The notes beneath the pieces were generated by a model. It saw only the letters and a list, made by a program, of their open reading frames with translations. It searched no databases and was not told the DNA's origin. DNA of 19,277 bases from an uncultured euryarchaeote (GTDB lineage Archaea; Thermoplasmatota; Poseidoniia; Poseidoniales; Poseidoniaceae), in contig CALBRH010000030.1 of the NCBI GenBank assembly GCA_937899865.1, positions 1 through 19,277 of the forward strand, given 5' to 3'. The position numbers and the translations under genes are program-made. Below are positions 17,162 to 19,277 of this stretch, piece by piece; position 1 is the first letter of the stretch; each line of letters begins with the position of its first letter.

Positions 17162-18067
17162 TTAGAAATTTTCAGAAGTTAATCTCTCATACATAGAAGC
17201 ATACAACTCAGCAGTTTGGTCAATAACTTCTTGTGGCAATTCAGGGATTGGAGGGTCTTCTGTACCTTCATCTCTCGCTTTCTTCAATTCAGCTTGATGT
17301 CCTGTACCTATGTAATGAGTTCTAACAAATTCTTTGGAAAGTTCGATGCATTCTCCGTTAGCATATGCTTCTGCATCCCACCAGCGGTCTTCATCCAAGG
17401 TTCCAAAGGTATCTACCAAGACTACTTTTCGATTAGGTCCTAGAGCAAATTCTTTCTTACCATCAACATGAATCAAACCATTCTTACCGGCTTCTCTTTC
17501 GATAAGAGCATCAACCTTCAACACTACTTCAAATATTGAATTCAGTTCTTCTTCGGTAATGTTAGATATCTCAAGTGCCTCTTCGACAGTGATGTTACGA
17601 TCAAACTTTTCGAATTTTGTAGTTACTTCAAGGAATGGTTTGCTCAATTTTGCACCATATTCACAATCTTGCTCAACACCAAGTTCTTCTGCTGTCAACT
17701 CTCCACGTTGAAATCTTCTCCATGCAGATCCGGATAAGTAGTGTCGGCAAATTATTTCCAAAGGAACGAAAACCCATTCCATGTCTCTTGGAATTGCTCC
17801 TGGTTCTTTGATTACCTCTACCTTTCTCACCAAACATCTGTCTGGTGCATTTACTTCTACTAAGTGAGTACCACAGATTCCTTCTTCTTCAATCAAGTTA
17901 AACCAGTGGGCTGTAGTTCGGTTTAATGATTCGCCCTTTCTAGGAATAAGTGAAGGAATAATTTGATCAAAAACTGATATCTGATTCGTGAATCTAAATT
18001 CTAGAATATCTGGGTCATCGGTTGACCAAACTTGCTTAACTTTACCTTGATACAGCATCTCGCCCAT
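17162..18067 (-). CDS. purC: Phosphoribosylaminoimidazole-succinocarboxamide (SAICAR) synthase, long type
   Basis: LYQGKVKQV, FTNQISVFD, PRKGESLN, PLEIICRHYLSGSAW, TTKFEKFDRNI, VDGKKEFA, DTFGTLDEDRWW and SKEFVR. AGGTAA SD favours ATG 18067 over 18100. Confidence 0.93.
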   Translation of the reverse strand: MGEMLYQGKVKQVWSTDDPDILEFRFTNQISVFDQIIPSLIPRKGESLNRTTAHWFNLIEEEGICGTHLVEVNAPDRCLVRKVEVIKEPGAIPRDMEWVFVPLEIICRHYLSGSAWRRFQRGELTAEELGVEQDCEYGAKLSKPFLEVTTKFEKFDRNITVEEALEISNITEEELNSIFEVVLKVDALIEREAGKNGLIHVDGKKEFALGPNRKVVLVDTFGTLDEDRWWDAEAYANGECIELSKEFVRTHYIGTGHQAELKKARDEGTEDPPIPELPQEVIDQTAELYASMYERLTSENF

Positions 18068-18112
18068 GATTACCTTTGACCCAATTAGGCCTTTGAACAT
18101 TTCACAGCCAAA

Positions 18113-18775
18113 TTATAGGAATCCTAAGGCATCCTCAATTCGGTTCAACTCAGGACCTGTTGTCTCTGTTCCAGCTAAAGCACCATTGTTTGATGCACAG
18201 ATACCTGCACCGACGTAAGGCGAGCCAAAGCATGCAGTACCAACCATGGGAGGGACTTGCATAACCTGTTCAATCAACATAACTTCTTCCGGAGTTACAT
18301 CAGGATGTAGTAGAACTCCTTGGTCATTTGTCACACCTAGAGAACCTACAACATCTTGCCCAGCAATAGTGGTAGCAAGAACATCCACTTTCATCACATC
18401 AGAAATTATCTCTAAACCTTCTTCAGGTATACTCGGACTTGCAACAACGCCTAATTCATTAACAAGCAATAAATTCCCAGCAGTATTTACTCCACCTTCC
18501 ATTACAATTACATCTCCATATGAGGTTAAAAAATCAATATCAGATTCAGTAGCAATATCAGCAACTGCCATACCATTAGAATTACCAGAGAGTAATGCTC
18601 CAATTAAATTTGAACCACCAATCGACAATTCAATTGATTCAAGACCTAATACACGGTCAATTTTGTCTTTTACAGGTTCAGTAAGTTCTGGAGGATGAAA
18701 TACATATTGACCTACACAAGCCACATGTATGCCTATTTGATCACTACCAAAAATGTCAGCAGTATCTATAGTCAT
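18113..18775 (-). CDS. eif6: Translation initiation factor 6 (aIF-6)
   Basis: 220 aa from ATG 18775 (MTIDTADIFGSDQIG). Pentein repeats GSNLIGALLSGNSNG, GNLLLVNELG, VGSLGVTNDQGVLLHP, GSPYVGAGICASNNGAL.GTETTGPEL.RIEDALG. Confidence 0.95.
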   Translation of the reverse strand: MTIDTADIFGSDQIGIHVACVGQYVFHPPELTEPVKDKIDRVLGLESIELSIGGSNLIGALLSGNSNGMAVADIATESDIDFLTSYGDVIVMEGGVNTAGNLLLVNELGVVASPSIPEEGLEIISDVMKVDVLATTIAGQDVVGSLGVTNDQGVLLHPDVTPEEVMLIEQVMQVPPMVGTACFGSPYVGAGICASNNGALAGTETTGPELNRIEDALGFL

Positions 18776-18830
18776 CTCAATCAAACCTGCTAAATCATGG
18801 AGTTCTAAAAGGAAGCCGTATAATGTGAAT

Positions 18831-18863
18831 AAAAAAAAGGCCGGTGCCATAAAGACACCGGCC
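18831..18863 (-). terminator. Hairpin + U8 terminator downstream of 5S rRNA
   Basis: Minus strand GGCCGGTG-TC-TTTAT-GG-CACCGGCC-TTTTTTTT: 8 Watson-Crick bp (10 with U-G and C-G extension) followed directly by 8 T. Confidence 0.8.
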
Positions 18864-18892
18864 AAGTTTAGAGGAATTCGAGTGAAAGAAGA

Positions 18893-19014
18893 GGGGCACA
18901 GTGACTTCCTTTCCCGTGGACTCTCGTACCACAGTATTGGGATAGACGCAGGTGGGCTTGACTTCTGGGTTCGGAATGAGACCAGGTAAACACCACCGCT
19001 ATGACCGTGCACCC
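18893..19014 (-). rRNA. rrf: 5S rRNA (ends approximate)
   Basis: GGTCATAGCGG..TCTCATTCCGAACCCAGAAGTCAAGCCC..TACTG..GGGAAA conserved 5S motifs; helix I GCACGG/CTGTGC; ~122 nt. Confidence 0.95.
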
Positions 19015-19115
19015 ATCTTCTCTCGAATCGGATATGGATGCGACATATGTCGCAGTGAATTGGCATGAATTACTAGACGAAGAGCACTCGCGGTGCGGAT
19101 ACATACGAAAAAAAG

Positions 19116-19277
19116 ATGCTCGAACATTAGTGCTGCTGGACTGAATACGTCGCCGAAGCTTCGTACTTACATCCGCAGTCTATCATCTCGTCTTTTACGA
19201 GCGTTCTGAGGTGTCTCGTCTATGGGGTGGCTTCGAGCTTAGATGCTTTCAGCTCTTATCCTTCAGGGCGTGGCTAC
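19116..19277 (-). rRNA. rrl: 23S rRNA, 3'-terminal fragment (continues beyond window; 3' end approximate)
   Basis: Minus strand GGATAAGAGCTGAAAGCATCTAAGCTCGAAGCC..GATAGAC..TGTAAG..ACTAAT matches the conserved LSU rRNA domain VI 3' region. Confidence 0.95.

Noticed and set aside
18776-19066. 97-codon in-frame N-terminal extension of aIF-6 (ORF track 18113..19066) running through the 5S rRNA and terminator
   Set aside because: The sequence is rRNA, spacer and terminator; aIF-6 homology starts at MTIDTAD (18775), giving the normal ~220 aa, and the hairpin-U8 interrupts the region. An open frame across GC-richer RNA is plausibly chance.
18868-19104. 78-aa minus-strand ORF over the 5S rRNA and spacer
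   Set aside because: Lies on rRNA sequence; no coding features.

Overview
A ~19.3 kb, AT-rich archaeal genome segment. Gene content (aIF-6, Rpo7/Spt4/eS24/eS31, archaeal DtdA, COG1326-like zinc-finger protein, a giant acidic surface protein, GGTGA/GGAGG Shine-Dalgarno motifs) is most consistent with Marine Group II Euryarchaeota (Ca. Poseidoniales); this is an inference, not a database result. Most of it is core genome: tRNA-Ser(GGA), cysteine desulfurase, S8 peptidase, SAM methyltransferase, proline dehydrogenase, DtdA, the rpoE'-spt4-rps24e-rps27ae operon, a 1901-aa multidomain surface protein, PurC, aIF-6, 5S rRNA and the 3' end of 23S rRNA. Three things stand out. (1) An 844-bp-period direct repeat of the tRNA-Ser 3' 68 nt, whose second copy carries compensatory T-stem substitutions, brackets a single four-TM membrane protein gene with no integrase in view. 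(2) A GC-rich, multi-helix structured leader sits just upstream of the rpoE' operon. (3) All four convergent CDS pairs abut with exactly 0 nt between their stop codons.
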